DNA of 64,000 nt from Gnetum montanum (GCA_015680685.1 MNCI01000286.1:220659-284658); one strand, 5' to 3'; positions 1 to 12,780 are shown, numbered from the stretch's first letter. Made by a program: numbers and translations. The notes: a model not told the origin generated them from the letters alone.

Positions 1-1547
1 AGGCATTTCTCAAACTAAGGAAGGACTCAAGGATTGCAAAGGGTGTGACTTCAAGGGAACTTGGTGCTCTTTTGTTGGTCATTCACTTGGGTTCTTGGTT
101 GTTTTCTTCTTGGGTTTTCTTACCGTTCCGATGTTACCCAATAATCGGAAGCTGAGGCAATAAAAATAAAGAAGTCTTTGCATGGTATGGTCCCCATGCA
201 TAAAAACACAAAATAAACCCCCCCCCCCCCCCCCCCCCCAAAGTGAGGATTCAAAGCACACCCCTTAAATGAAATAAAATTTGGGCTGCACGGACTGGTT
301 ATGGAACCAAAGTGTTCCCTCTAACTAAGGCCTTCTCGCTTCCCATTCTCTCCTTGTTTCGTCGGAATGGTGGTGGCTCTTTGAAGATGCATCCTTGTTA
401 TCCAAGTGAATGGTTTAACCGGATGCATTGATGCGAAGTCACTGAAGTGGTTGGTTTGAGCCAGAGTTGGAATGAGATTCGCCAAGTCACATTAATCATA
501 AAATACACAAGGGGCTATACACCACCTTGTCCTTGGGATTCCATTCCATCCTCTTCTTTTCATCCTTCTCTCCGCCATTCACCTCATTGCTGGTTGTATC
601 ATTAGTGCATATATTTTGGTTGATGCATTGTTTTCTTTTTGGTAAATTCTAGCGGTTAAGACTTTAACTCTTGTTCCAATGGACATTCCCAGAGCCTACG
701 GACTCTTTGAATGTGGGATTGTCAGGGCATTAAGGGCATGAGCCTGCTTTGGGGAGGACCCACTGACACTCCTATTTGGAACGTTAGTTAACTTCTTTTC
801 CTTAACATTTTTTGCAATTAATTATTATTTTGTTCATTTCCATCTTGACATCCACTTCACTGATGTTTTCAGTTGTCCCTTTTTACCTATCTTTCTTACT
901 CCTTTTCTTTCTCCATTCTAATGCTACCAGAGGTTCACGATTAGTCATGGGGGTATAGGGCCTGATTTTTTGATTTTTCTCCTAAGCCCCAGATTTTTTC
1001 ATTTTTCTTCCTAACCCCTACACCTTTGGTCGTCATTAGTAACATCTTCCTAGGTCCATATCAACCATACCACAACCTAGCCAATGGACTTACACCGAAG
1101 CAAGGTATTATTTACTTAATGATTCAATTACCCTTGCTAATATATGATTGTGTTGTGTGTGCAGATGGCAATCATACAACAACGGAATGGATCTGGAGCA
1201 ACCACTTGGAATGGAGCAGCGCTGAAGTAGCTATGCAAGGAACAAGATTGATAATGCGCTTACGGATGGACAACGGAAGGCGCAATCTAGGCATTGGCAG
1301 CAACAAGACTCTTCTCTCTTCTTCTCTTCTATTCTCTCTCCTCTTTTCTCTCAGCTGCCAAATGTGGCCTGATGTCATTGTAATAAGGTGTTCACCCTTG
1401 TTGTCATGAACACCAGTCTTGTCAAGTCTTGTAATAATGAACCATTCACATGTCATTCCATTAGTTCCATTCCCCTAAATAATCCCATACCTACCTGATA
1501 TCATTGTAAGGAACTCAAGGATGAGTTTTCATTCAGTCATGGGGGTA
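1..1547 (+). mobile_element. 3' internal region of an Athila-like Ty3/gypsy element (truncated by window start)
   Basis: PPT-like agtcatgggggta at 1535-1547 abuts the LTR and a second copy lies at ~943-955. 1190-1547 resembles the reverse complement of 23740-23980 in the complete element. Confidence 0.75.
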
Positions 1548-2532
1548 TGATGAGACACAGATTGCAGCGATATCACGTACGCGATATCGTAGTCGACGCG
1601 ATATCGCATCCCCTACGATATCAAGTATGTGATATCGCATCTTTCCCTGTGATATCACTTATGCAATATCGCGGTCCGCCGCCATATCTATAAATAAGAG
1701 GCAGCACTCCCCTCATTTGGAGTCATAGGCATAAAGTAGCAAAGCTCTGGCGGATTGACCATCCCAGAGATAGAATATTTTCCATGTGCCCGTAGTAGGA
1801 GTCCCCCAAGTGAACGGTTCTTTATTCGAGCATCTTTGTACCTGAACGCAAGTTGTGTATGGCAATAAAGACAAGCTTTGTGGATAAACCTTGCAGTGCA
1901 TGGATAGGTTTAATTAATGTTATTTACTGCTTTCCTAGTAACGCGGCATGAGTACGACTTGGTTACGAGCGTTGACGAACGTGTACGGCTAGCCAAGGAA
2001 TCGGCTACTCATCGCTAGTAAATTCTCTCACCCTTTCCTCCTAGAGCGTGGGACAAGTACGACTTGATTACGAGCATCTACGGATGTGTACGGCTAGTCA
2101 AGGAATCGGCTGCTTGTCACACTTAGGTTAGTTAAGTGCCTCAGTACGACCGCTTCGAGCACATGCGTTACGTGTGGTAATCCCAGTAACGATTAGCATT
2201 TGGTAGCCATAGTTGCACAGTTCAGGGTGTGTACGGTAAGTGGGAACGGATGCTGATGCTAGGACTTAGTGCTATAGTTAGAGTTAGTTTTAGTTTCTCA
2301 ACCCTTTACCTCTTAGCATAGGAGAAAACCAAAAAATACCAAAAAAATCATATACCTCAAACTTGCTTAACCATACACCATGACACATACAAGCAAGCCT
2401 GGGAAGACAACGAACGATTAACCCCAAGCGTTCCTTGTGGCGTTAAGGCATTTAGTCTGCGGAGTTCGACCGAATCGCGTGTGCTACGCTCGTTTCGTAT
2501 GGTTGAGTGTAGGGGTACCTCGCCACTCATCA
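1548..2532 (+). mobile_element. 3' LTR of Athila-like element (985 bp, CpG-rich, probably young)
   Basis: Starts tgatgag and ends ctcatca. GCGATATCGC repeats near the 5' end; TATA-like ctataaataag at ~1688. The terminal gtatggttgagtgtaggggtacctcgccactcatca is nearly identical to 62981-63017. Confidence 0.9.
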
Positions 2533-4010
2533 ACTAGGCATTAGTAGATTGATAAGATTTAAACATTCTTTTATCAAGAAAATAGCCACTTATAACTTGG
2601 CCAAGTCCAATTCTCATGAATACTACTTAAAGGATTGAATAGATTGATCTATTAGAATTCATAACTATTTTACCATGCGTGTTCCTTCACCGAAACTACT
2701 TATCATAATTGAAAATGAATGTAATTCAAGGTAGTATAAATCATGTTAAGCATACATAATCCTTGTTTACAAAGTTATTGGTGAGCTATCATTGTTCTTA
2801 TTTCTGTTCATAGCTTTTACAGGATTTCCAATAGGATTCATGTTAAGGAGTTGTTAGACCTCAAAGAATAATATTATCTCAATTAGTTACATGTGTATGT
2901 TCAATTAATACAAGATATTATAAAATAGAAATCATGAGAACCTATAGTGATCATTTGTAATACTAACTAAAACTAAACTACTAGCATTATCCTCGATAAT
3001 GATGCCAAATAATGAGAGATGAGTATGCCTAATGTCCAACCATACGCTCTATAAGCATCACAATAAATTGTGTCATAATCTGTGGATAGATTAGCATTAT
3101 TGTATAGTCTCATTAAGTGATCATAAGTCACTATCTTCTCCACTAGACTCTCAAATGATGATCAGAAAGTATGCCTAATGTCTAACCATATGATTTACAA
3201 GTGTCAAGGTATTCTTGGATGGATTAGCAATAGTATTATGTCTTGTTGGGTGATTGCAAGTTGCTATCTCTTCAACTAAACTTGTAGTTTTCCTTTTAAC
3301 TTTTATAGTTAAGTCTAGTTAAAGTGTATGATAAATGATGTTATGCAACCATGATTCTAATTCTATATAAAATAATGAAATTAAAGATAAATGTACAATT
3401 AACTAATAATAGGGAAATAAATCTTGAACTAGCCTACACATGATGAGTGTCCATTTCATAACCTTTAGTCATGTTCTTGGATATATGCATTAATCACTAG
3501 AATTTCCAAGTGATCCTACTATTGGGTGTACCAAGTGATTAGCTTCTGGGATTACTAAGCCAATTCACATTAACATTTGAGAGTATATCATTCTTATTTT
3601 GCAAATGATTTAACTATATATGAAAATGTAAATATCTATGCTAGTAAAGCCATAAATAAATGTAAGAAAAGTAAATTTATTATAAGTTGAGTGTTGCAAT
3701 GGATAGGAATCAATGGAAGCATCCATATACAATCCACTTAAATAAGACACCAAAAAATTGACTCAAATCTAAGCTACAGACATTTATTGGCTCCTACAAG
3801 AAATTAAGAAATCAAACTACAAGAGTTTGATTAAGTTACTGACCAAATGGGGCCATAAATGCAACTAGTGATATATATTTTCCCCAAGAATAGATATAAA
3901 GATGGGTGCAACTACTTGAAAGAATTTAGGCCTTTTGCTCATTCACCACCCCTTAGCCAATCCCATTTTGTTAGGATAAGACTAGAATGATGATACTAGT
4001 CATATCATGT
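2533..4010 (-). mobile_element. Older, degraded Athila-like 5' LTR + PBS + leader
   Basis: Degenerate tRNA-Asp PBS at ~2988-3008 (reverse complement tggcatcattatcgaggat). LTR terminus duplicated at ~3010 and ~3156. 3480-3600 aligns by eye with LTR sequence 23200-23330. Far boundary approximate. Confidence 0.55.
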
Positions 4011-4399
4011 AGTTAGAATAAAGTTAATAATATATGTATAATAGACATACTACCAACATGAAACTTTTGTAGAGCAATATGCCTTAATACCAATATTTGT
4101 ATCAAAGTAAAATTCATCAAAAAATGATAGCACAACTTCTAGATGATCTAGGCCTTGTCACTTACTGTTAATCTTGAGTTAAGAATATTTACCATTAGTT
4201 TTAAACTTCTTATTAAATCTTTGAGTTAATAGTATTCTTGTTATATAAGAAAACACTTACCTTATGAGGTCCAAGTTGTGTAGAAGTATTCACAAAAGCT
4301 TTTGGTTTCTCTAGATTCTTAATTTCTATTTGATCATTCTTATTGTTGATATTAATTTAATTTTTTATGTCTTCAACTTCATATTGTTTTCTTATCTTC

Positions 4400-5190
4400 A
4401 ACTTCAACACATTTTTTAGCATCTTTTTTCTTGAGCAAAAAAGGACAAGCATTAAACAAATGTCTTTCACAGTTGCAAACATTGCAAGAATTGGGAAGAC
4501 TATAATATGTAATTAGTTGATAAGTTTTCTTACTTGCTTATAATACCAATTCCTTTTTACAATTAAGAAGATCAATTTCAACAAAAAAACGTCTACAAAA
4601 ACCAAAATCTCTAGAAATAGATTCCATATATTTAATGAGATTGAGAAGATTGATAATTTCATACTCAGCTTTTTGAAAAATCAAGGGAGGATTAAATAGC
4701 TTAACAAAACTTGGGACTTTAAAATATTCTTTAGATTGGACACCAAAGTTTGGAGTCCACTTATAAATAATCAATACTACATGCGCTCATGTATTAAAAA
4801 TCCCATATTTAGGGCACCCTTGGCTTAAATGACTTGAATGTCATGTTTTTGCATCACATTATGTAATTATGAAATGAAACTTTGATTACAAGGTGGGTTA
4901 TCCAAAATTTGAATGAACATATATCGTGATATAAGATCAGTAACGAGTGACTCATATATATCATTAGGAAGAACAAAATGAGGTGTTTTAATGATAACAA
5001 CATTGCTAGAAGAAGGCCTCTCAAATTTTTGCTCACCAACTTGCAAATCTACATTATGAGAATTAATACATATTTCCACATTAATAAAAGAAGTAGAAAT
5101 GTTGGCATTAGTTAAAGAAATTGAAAGTAACTTAGAATAATAATACATATTGTGACCTGGTTTCAAACTTTCGTAGAACATAAGCAAAAC
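4400..5190 (-). pseudogene. Relic of L1-type LINE ORF1 (DUF4283-like region + CCHC zinc knuckle)
   Basis: Minus-strand translation gives IIYKWTPNF...VPSFVKLFNPPLIF, RRFFVEIDLL and YSLPNSCNVCNCERHLFNACPF (CX2CX4HX4C). This parallels ORF1 of the LINE at 52300-52700. In-frame stops present. Confidence 0.7.
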
Positions 5191-6358
5191 ATAATAGCAT
5201 GTTAGATTAGCATACTTATTAGAATCAAACTTATGACTTCCAAACTACAAGCTTTATGTTCTAATCAAGCAATGAGTTAGCGGGCATCATTTGAAATTCC
5301 ACAAGCTTTATACTCTAACCAATTGAGCAATAACCCATTGAGAAAGGGGCCATCATTTGAAACAATGGTAAAGTTCTCATTTCTTAAGTCGTAAAATAAA
5401 GGTTTAAACAACCACTCAAAAAGCAGTTAAGTTTTTGCTTGTTTGCTAACCATATACGTAATAACCCTAAGGATGACTAAAGGGGGTTGATGGATTCTTC
5501 ATGATTTAAAATTCGTGGGAGACAGCCGGTAGCATTTTTGAACCGTTGATGGATACACGTGTAAACAGATAAAGACAAATACCACATCAAATGGAGCCAA
5601 ACACTGATCCCTAATTGGCCTTGCAATATCTCACATTCTCTGACACCCACCTACGCAAACATCTCTTTTAATATAATAATAATAATAATAATAAATAAAA
5701 CATAACATTACCTTCTCCAACTACGTTCAACGGTCAGGAGCCAACTTAAAAAAATGTTTCGTTTACGCTAACGCTAAATTAAACTTGTCCGTAATTTTTC
5801 ACGACGACAATAACAAGTAATCTACATAATATTTGTCAAAATTGTATAATGTATTTGGCCTCTAACCTATGATTTGAGACAGCATTAAACTAAACACATA
5901 TACTAAAATGTATAATTAAATTGTCTAAAACTAACAAAACCAACTGTGACATAGTCATGGATTACTGAAACTAAAAACTAGAACCTCTAAAATCTTACTG
6001 CCTGGTTAATAATAAGATTGGTCTATTGGTTCATTTAGTTTCACCTGAATTTGTTTTTGGTTTAACGTAATTATTATTCTTATTCTGGTACACTGATCCA
6101 AGGGTTTTACCAGGTTCCAGAATGGCGACGGGGTTTTACAGCCGCTAATGGTCTGGAAACTGTTTCTTCCGGTAGCTTCGGTTGAACAACAAGCAGAAAG
6201 AAGAAGCCACCCCTGATCCCACTTGCACTACTGCGGTACCGAATCCGAATCCTTACCTTTGCTGTTATTTCTTCTGCTTCTGCTCCCTCTGTTTTCCTCG
6301 TCTGAGCCCTAGTTTTTTGCAATTTCGCTTTTCTGTTTTTTTGACATTTTTTTTGTAG

Positions 6359-6488
6359 ACTCGCTGCCATGTCGCTGCCTGCTATGGATGCGGCGTTTCC
6401 TCTCCTGTTTTTCAGGGTTTTGGCCCTTTGAATGGAAGCTGCGCGATTTCGCGGCGCAAAAAGCTCGTGCTAGAGTCCTCCTTAGCAG
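6359..6488 (+). other. Probable 5'-UTR exon of the acidic-protein gene
   Basis: GC/CpG-rich segment after polypyrimidine ttttgtag (6358), followed by a weak GT donor at 6489 and a T-rich intron to the cag acceptor at 6846. Contains several upstream ATGs. Confidence 0.45.
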
Positions 6489-6639
6489 GTTTTTTTTTTT
6501 TTCCTTTTTTTTCCGTTCGGTTTTTTGTTTTTGGTTTTTATGAAACGTGGTTTTCTTTTGCCGTTTTTCGGAGATAGCTAGTTTTGATTTTTTTTTCCTG
6601 GTTTTTTGTGGGAACCGTTCAGGGGCTCTAAAATTGTTG

Positions 6640-6812
6640 CCGCGGTTTTGAGGGTTTTCGTGCTTTCCAGGGTTTCAGGGTTTGGAAGTTCGTTTTGATT
6701 CTTTTTTTTTTCCCTAGTTATTTGCTGCGTCGGATTTTTATTTTTATTTTTTGGGTGATATCGTTTTTAGAGGGTTTTCCTGTGTTCTAGGGTTTTAAGG
6801 GTTTCAGGGTTG
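6640..6812 (+). promoter_or_regulatory. Cluster of telo-box-like motifs in the leader intron
   Basis: Exact tagggttt (reverse complement of AAACCCTA) at 6788-6795 plus about five agggttt variants within ~170 bp. Confidence 0.4.
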
Positions 6813-6867
6813 ATTTTGATATAGTATTTTTTTAAAAATGTGTCAGGAATTTGCAGAAGTGTTTAAT

Positions 6868-9133
6868 ATGGAGCTAGCAGCTTCCATGCCTGGGGTTGGG
6901 CCTTTGCCACAACAGCTGTCTGCTTGCCAGAGGGCACTGTGCTTATCATTAGAAACAACTGTGCAGGTGATTTTGGAAAATTTTATTTTTAAAAGGCTGA
7001 TTTCTTTCTGGCAAGTTTAATCTCTTAGAACTTCGAGTTTTCCTAGTCAAGCTTTTGATATTTTGTTTCCTGGTAGCGGCAAACTTGTTACCGTATATGA
7101 TAATTTCATTTGGGAAAGGCAAGTTTTTGATTACAGCTTGCACTTTCAACATAAGAAGTTGTGTATCCATCCATGTTTAGTGTAATCATCAGGAATTGAT
7201 TAGCTGTAAAAAATATGTTGAATTATTCTGATGAGGCTGCTGATAAATGTATTGCCAGTTAATGTCTTCCTATAAACAAGGATTTGTGGAATGACAGTTT
7301 TTGCTTGTTTTTGAATATGTATTACATGAAACATTGTTTACTTGTATTTTAATTTGGTGATAATTTGGTTTTTTTATTGTTATTTGTGGGTAATGGTGAT
7401 AATTCTTCTTCTATTTTAAATATCTTGGGAGGTTATGGTACCAAATTTTTATAGTTGTTTGGTGCTTTAACAATTTTGTTAACAATTATATATGGTGAAT
7501 AATGAGGTGTTAGCCTAGTGGTAAGGGTCTTGTCCTGGTAACCCCAGGTTACAGGTTCAATTCTGGTAAATAGCACTGAGTTATAATTTTTTAAAAAGTT
7601 TTTCTGTAAAAGGAATTCTGAAACTGGGCTGGTAAAAGGAATTCTGAAACTGGGCTGATAGATGCAAGGGGTCTCACTGGACTTAAGTAAAAATTTCAGT
7701 TTCATTTTTTACAAGAATATGTGCATCTTTTTTTTTCTTTTTTCTTTTAATTTTTCCCCATTTGGCAACATCATTGTGGAGTACCTGTGTTTGCTATTCT
7801 TATCAATAGTGTGTAGAGTTTGGCTGATTATTGCCAAAGTATAATTACCAAACATTTTAGAAGGGAGCAACATGGTAGGAATGCATGATTATAAGTTTGT
7901 TTATATAAAGTCCCATCATCATCTGGGTGATCTAAGCCAAAATGAGCCTTCTTGTTGAATAGGTTATGGATATTGAATGTCAATATCTTTTTATTGTGAT
8001 TTTAAGCAGAAAATGTTATGAACCTGCTGACCACTTGTATTAGATTTTAAGTTTTTTTCAGAGATATGTTTCTTACAATAGATTGCCACAAAGAATGCAT
8101 AAAACTTACTTGAATAATATGCTTGCTTTACATCCCATAATAAGAGTGAAACAGGATTTGGAAAGCTGCTTTGTTATTGTTTCAGGTCTTGCTGCATTTT
8201 CATCCTTGGTGCCATAATGGTTTTGTTTATAAAGATTATGTACTTAAAAGCATCAGTGTTTCTTTATCACTGCAATCGTCAGTATGGCTATAAAGTAGGT
8301 TTAGTGTAATCTACCTTATTTCTAAGCTTCCAATATTTATTTATGAAAATTTCAGGCTGCTGTTGCTGCTCACGTTATGGAGATTTTTGCTGCCCATATA
8401 ATTGCATCAAGGAAGAGGTGATTTGATACAGCTACTTTTGTAAAACAAAATGGCTATCATTGTTGATCCATGTTTTCACTAAATAAAAATGTTGTTTATT
8501 ATTGCAGAACAGAAGATGCAACTTATGAAAGTCTTATTGTAGAGGTATTTTTATATCTGATAGCAAGCACGATTCAAGCCATTTTGAAAATCTTTACTCA
8601 CCCTTGGCCTTTGTCATTTGCTAAAGGTGATTGTTTCTTGTGAACTGCAGGCTTCTTGTAAGGATGTAAGTAAGGAAAATGTAGATTTCATTGATGGGCC
8701 TGATACCACAGTGAGAGTGCAAACCACTGTGGATATCCTAAGTGCCGCAAAAGGCAAAAATGACAATGAGCATGAGGAAAAGGATGAAGATGAAGATGAG
8801 GATGATAATGAAGAAGATTTTGGCGAGGAGGAAGGAGAAGATGTGTCATCTGAAGATGGAGAGGAAGAAAATGATGGAGATGATGGTGCAGGGGATGACG
8901 ATGACGATGATGAAGATGAGGAAGGCGGAAATGATAATAATGAGAAGGGAGGCAGTGATGAGGAAGAAGATGATGAGGAAGAAGAGGAGGATGCTGTAGA
9001 GGATGATGATCATGGGGAAGAAGGGGAGGAAGAAGAAGAAGATGATGATGATGGAGAGGATGAAGATGGTAAAGAAGATGAGGATGATGATGATGAGGAG
9101 TCCTTACAGCCACCAAAGAAAAGAAAGAAATGA
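6868..9133 (+). CDS. Acidic D/E-rich, probably nuclear protein with C-terminal PPKKRKK NLS (~226 aa); exons 6868-6966, 8356-8417, 8508-8544, 8651-9133
   Basis: Four exons with GT-AG boundaries splice in frame (99+62+37+483 = 681 nt): MELAASMPGVGPLPQQLSACQRALCLSLETTVQ / AAVAAHVMEIFAAHIIASRK / RTEDATYESLIVE / ASCKD...long D/E tract...SLQPPKKRKK*. The last exon is solid; start codon and internal exons are inferred. Confidence 0.8.
7506..7577 (+). mobile_element. tRNA-derived SINE-like sequence in intron
   Basis: Pol III box A-like tagcctagtgg (7511-7521) and box B-like ggttcaattc (7554-7563). No complete cloverleaf. A related copy lies at ~12338-12412 on the minus strand. Confidence 0.55.
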
Positions 9134-12100
9134 GCTGTAATCTAACACCTCTAATTTAATTTTTTGTGTTTTTATTGTTATCTGTTAGATGGCTGTGTAC
9201 ACTGGGAACTGATAGAACAAGTATCTTGAATATTTTTATTAAAAGAAAGTGTCTTTCTGGAACCAAGATTATTGTTATCCATGCACTTCGCGTGTTATTG
9301 ATAACAGATTACGATGTGAGAATGATTTTTGATGTATTCTATTTTAATGTAATTTTTATCACTTGTCTGTAGGAATACAAAATTTCAAGTTTGGATGCTA
9401 ACTTTGATTTTTGATGTCTTTCAAGAAGAGTTTATTTTGGTTTTTGCTGATAGTCCCTGTAATTGAGCTACCTTTTGACAGCAGGAATTTGAGAAAGGCT
9501 GTTTCTGAATCTATATTTTTGATGCTATAACCCAACACACATTTCTGATGTAATATTGACCCTGCTATTATTCATGGCAGTTCCTAATGGTTGTTTGCTT
9601 GCTTATATTTCTGAAATTTAAGATTTCCAATGCCTGATCCATTGCCTGATCATAGTGTTCTTCAAATAGGCTAAAAAAGTTTGCTGAATTACTTTACAAT
9701 GATTGATTACAATTTAGGAATACGACCACTCCGCTATAGATCTGGGGTTTACTGTCATCAGCCCAAAAACACGTAGTTGTAACTAGAGATAGACCTTTGT
9801 GTTTAACTCCTTTTGTCTGGTTTTCTTGATGCAGAAGTGAGATATGTGCAAAGATGTTGGAGACCACACTTGTTAGAAGAGCATGTGTAGTAGTAAGGAC
9901 AAATAGCAATAAAAGATTCCAGAAAAAAAATTCAAAACAAACGTTGCACGCAAGATTCAAGCCATTTTTAAAATCTTTACTCACCCTTGGCCTTTGTCAA
10001 ACTTGATGCAGGTAGGTTTTAAGTGATGAAGGTGCTGAGTTTTTGAGACAGAAATTTGGCCAGATGATTGGATTAAGTAATAAAAAAACTTTAAAGATGA
10101 TTGGATTAAGTAATAAAAAAACTTTAAAGTTAAGTATGTTTAAGTGGACGTGCGGTGTTTGATTTGTTAAAAGGCATGTGACATGCATTTTACATGTGGT
10201 TGGTTAGATTCTACATGATATAGTTTAGATCTTCATATGTCATTGCTTAAATATGTAGCATTATGCAAAAGATTGCTTAAGATTTGGAAAGTAATTAAAA
10301 TCAACATTAATTTCAGACTCTCTTAATATAAAAAGTAATTAAAATCAATATTAATTTCATTTAAAAAGTATTGCAACTAAGTACTGATACAAGCAAAATT
10401 TAAAACTATATGTTAACTTAAAAATTAGAAGAACATGAGAGAGATAAAACATAACAAATTTTAAGGTGGGTATCAAAGGATGCGCAAAAGCTGTGCTTAG
10501 GTGTACACTTAAACTTTGAACTTTGGTTTTACCACTTGAGAAATAAGCACTTTACCATCATTCTATAAAGAAGGACCCTAGATCAAGAAAAATCAGCGAA
10601 TCTACATGGACTAACCTACATTTTAGTAATGTGAATAGAGATAAAGGCTTAGAGACTAACAAAGAATGATGACCTTTTATAACCAAAATCTATAACAACT
10701 AAAAAATGAAATAATCTTTTCCATTACATTAGTTTGTTACCCAATCGGTATACTAATTAATAAACTAGTAGTATAACATGGTAATTTGGGAATTGGACTA
10801 AGCATTGCTCACTAAAATCAAACCATGACTTGGAGCTTTTAAATCAAATCTTATTATTATGCTAACACATCATTGTTTCCTTTTAAAGGGTTGAAATTTG
10901 ACACCATGTCATATGTAAATCGCAAACAAGTTGATTAAATGAGGTGTGATCTCTTCAAACCAATGTCATAGTTGTGGCAAACCAACTAGTGGTGGGACGG
11001 TTACAATCATCTAAGTATATGCTGTATAAATCAAATTGCAAATTGTAATAACAAGCTAAAGCTCAATGGCTAAAACATAGTAAAATAAAATTTACCTTGT
11101 TGGTTCAATTCTTGCCATTTGCTTAGAGTTTTGAAAATTCTTTCAGTCTTCCTTCAAATTTTTTCCAATGTAAAGCTTTTGAAATTTTGTTAACGATCTG
11201 GTGGAGATGATCTTGAAATTCTTTTAATGGAAGATTTCAAAATAAAATTATTTCAAAATTCTGTTAAATAGAGATTTCAAAATTTGTCAGCTAAAAGACA
11301 ATTTTCAAGCATTGCTTTTGCAATGATTTATCACGGTCACAAAACAATCAGGGCTTATGGATTCATATATAGTACAATATCAGTATACAGGGATGTATAT
11401 AGTTATCATGTGATTACAAGTCATAACTCAAGTTTGCTTGTACTTTTTCCTTGTAATAAGCTGTGGAATGAAGCCAAAATACATGAACAGCTTATCTATG
11501 AGACTTAGGCATGAGCATTCACAAGCAAAGTGTTTCCTTCTTGCTGCTCGCGTGATCGGGAGCTTTCAAGGGATGGGGCAAAATGGGCAAGTCCGATAGG
11601 TCACGTTTAAAGAACAAAAATTCACTGTCAAAATCATTGATATTTAATTAAAAATAAAAAGTTCAATAAAGTTCACGTTGACTCAATTGGCTCTTTGTAA
11701 ATTCCAATCCAAACTATTGACCGTTGAACCGGTAATCATCTGTGGGTTTAAAAAGCACCTCTTTGTGTTGAAGGGTTCACTTAGACGAAAGCAGCAAAGC
11801 AACTGAAAATGAAGACCAGTGAGGAAAGAAACCTTGACCTTTAAGATCAACTGGATTTACCTGAGGGGTAAATCAGCCTGGGCTTTAAAGTCCTGCATCA
11901 ACTATTGATGTTTCTGCGCTTTTTGTAGGTTATTTTTTTTGCTTGAATAACAATGTAGGTAGGAAAAATGATTATTTATTAAAAAACATAAAATTTAAGC
12001 CATAGAGAATCAGATCCTAGAAAGAATAAATGATAAAATTCACAAAAATTTTTCTTTTTTTAAAAAGTTTATTTTTTTTCAAGGAGTGAGACATAGGGGC

Positions 12101-12337
12101 TAGTAGCACAAACCCCACATCATAGCATGGTAGATGTGACCTACTAGTATTTGATTATAATTATAATTACAATTATAATTATGAAACTTTAGGACCCTAC
12201 TGCTGTGTTGGTAGGGGTTCTACTAACAACCCTCAGTTACCTTGTCTCAAAATTTTTTTAAAAAAAGTTTGAGAATGTTGGAACTTGAAATAATTGAAAC
12301 ATAGGTACACCCCAAGATATATAGAAGTTTATAACTT

Positions 12338-12412
12338 AATGCTACATAGTAAAATTGAACCAGGGTTACCAAGCCAAGCCCTGTATGACTACCACTAGAC
12401 TAACACTTCACT
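12338..12412 (-). mobile_element. Second copy of tRNA-derived SINE-like sequence
   Basis: Reverse complement gtgttagtctagtggtag...cttggtaaccctggttcaatttt matches the 7506-7577 copy. Confidence 0.5.
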
Positions 12413-12780
12413 ATTATAATTATGAAAGTTTGAGTATTCAAATAGTATTATTTAAACAAATTTATAAGAAAATATGATAAACCCTAGTATTTCCTTATTT
12501 TGGAAGGCAACATCATTTTTCTTTAATGAAAGCATTTCCATATTCAGCAACATGCTTATCTAGACATTATTCATTATTCATTTATTGCTGAAAGTCTACA
12601 ATCTTATTTCAAACTTCTGCACATTTAAAGTCAAGCTTCATTTTTCATTCTGATCCTATATGTTAACTATTTTATAAAAATTACGGATCTGCACTTTGCA
12701 GTCCTCCTCATATAGTGCTTTCAATTCCTTCGAATAGTGTTTTCCAATGCCTTAACTTCTTGGGTGTATCTGTGTATATA

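Noticed and set aside
218-239. Poly(C) run preceded by AATAAA, resembling the LINE tail
   Set aside because: No TSD or LINE sequence adjacent and it lies in the Athila 3' region. It also shows that G/C homopolymers occur here independently of LINEs.
1026-1456. ORFs of 127 and 94 aa
   Set aside because: Inside the retroelement 3' region, no recognisable domain, low-complexity content.
4867-5187. RPA1-like OB fold / Helitron signature
   Set aside because: Downstream motifs fit LINE ORF1 (CX2CX4HX4C knuckle) better; no helicase remnants.
7506-7577. Functional tRNA gene
   Set aside because: Acceptor and anticodon stems do not pair properly; treated as SINE-like.
8688-9116. His/Leu/Pro-rich minus-strand ORF and Met/Lys-rich +1 ORF (8742-8999)
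   Set aside because: Shadow frames of the GAT/GAA-rich acidic exon.
10062-10128. 33-bp tandem duplication (similar short ones at ~7608-7657 and ~20890-20945)
   Set aside because: Common slippage duplications with no further structure.
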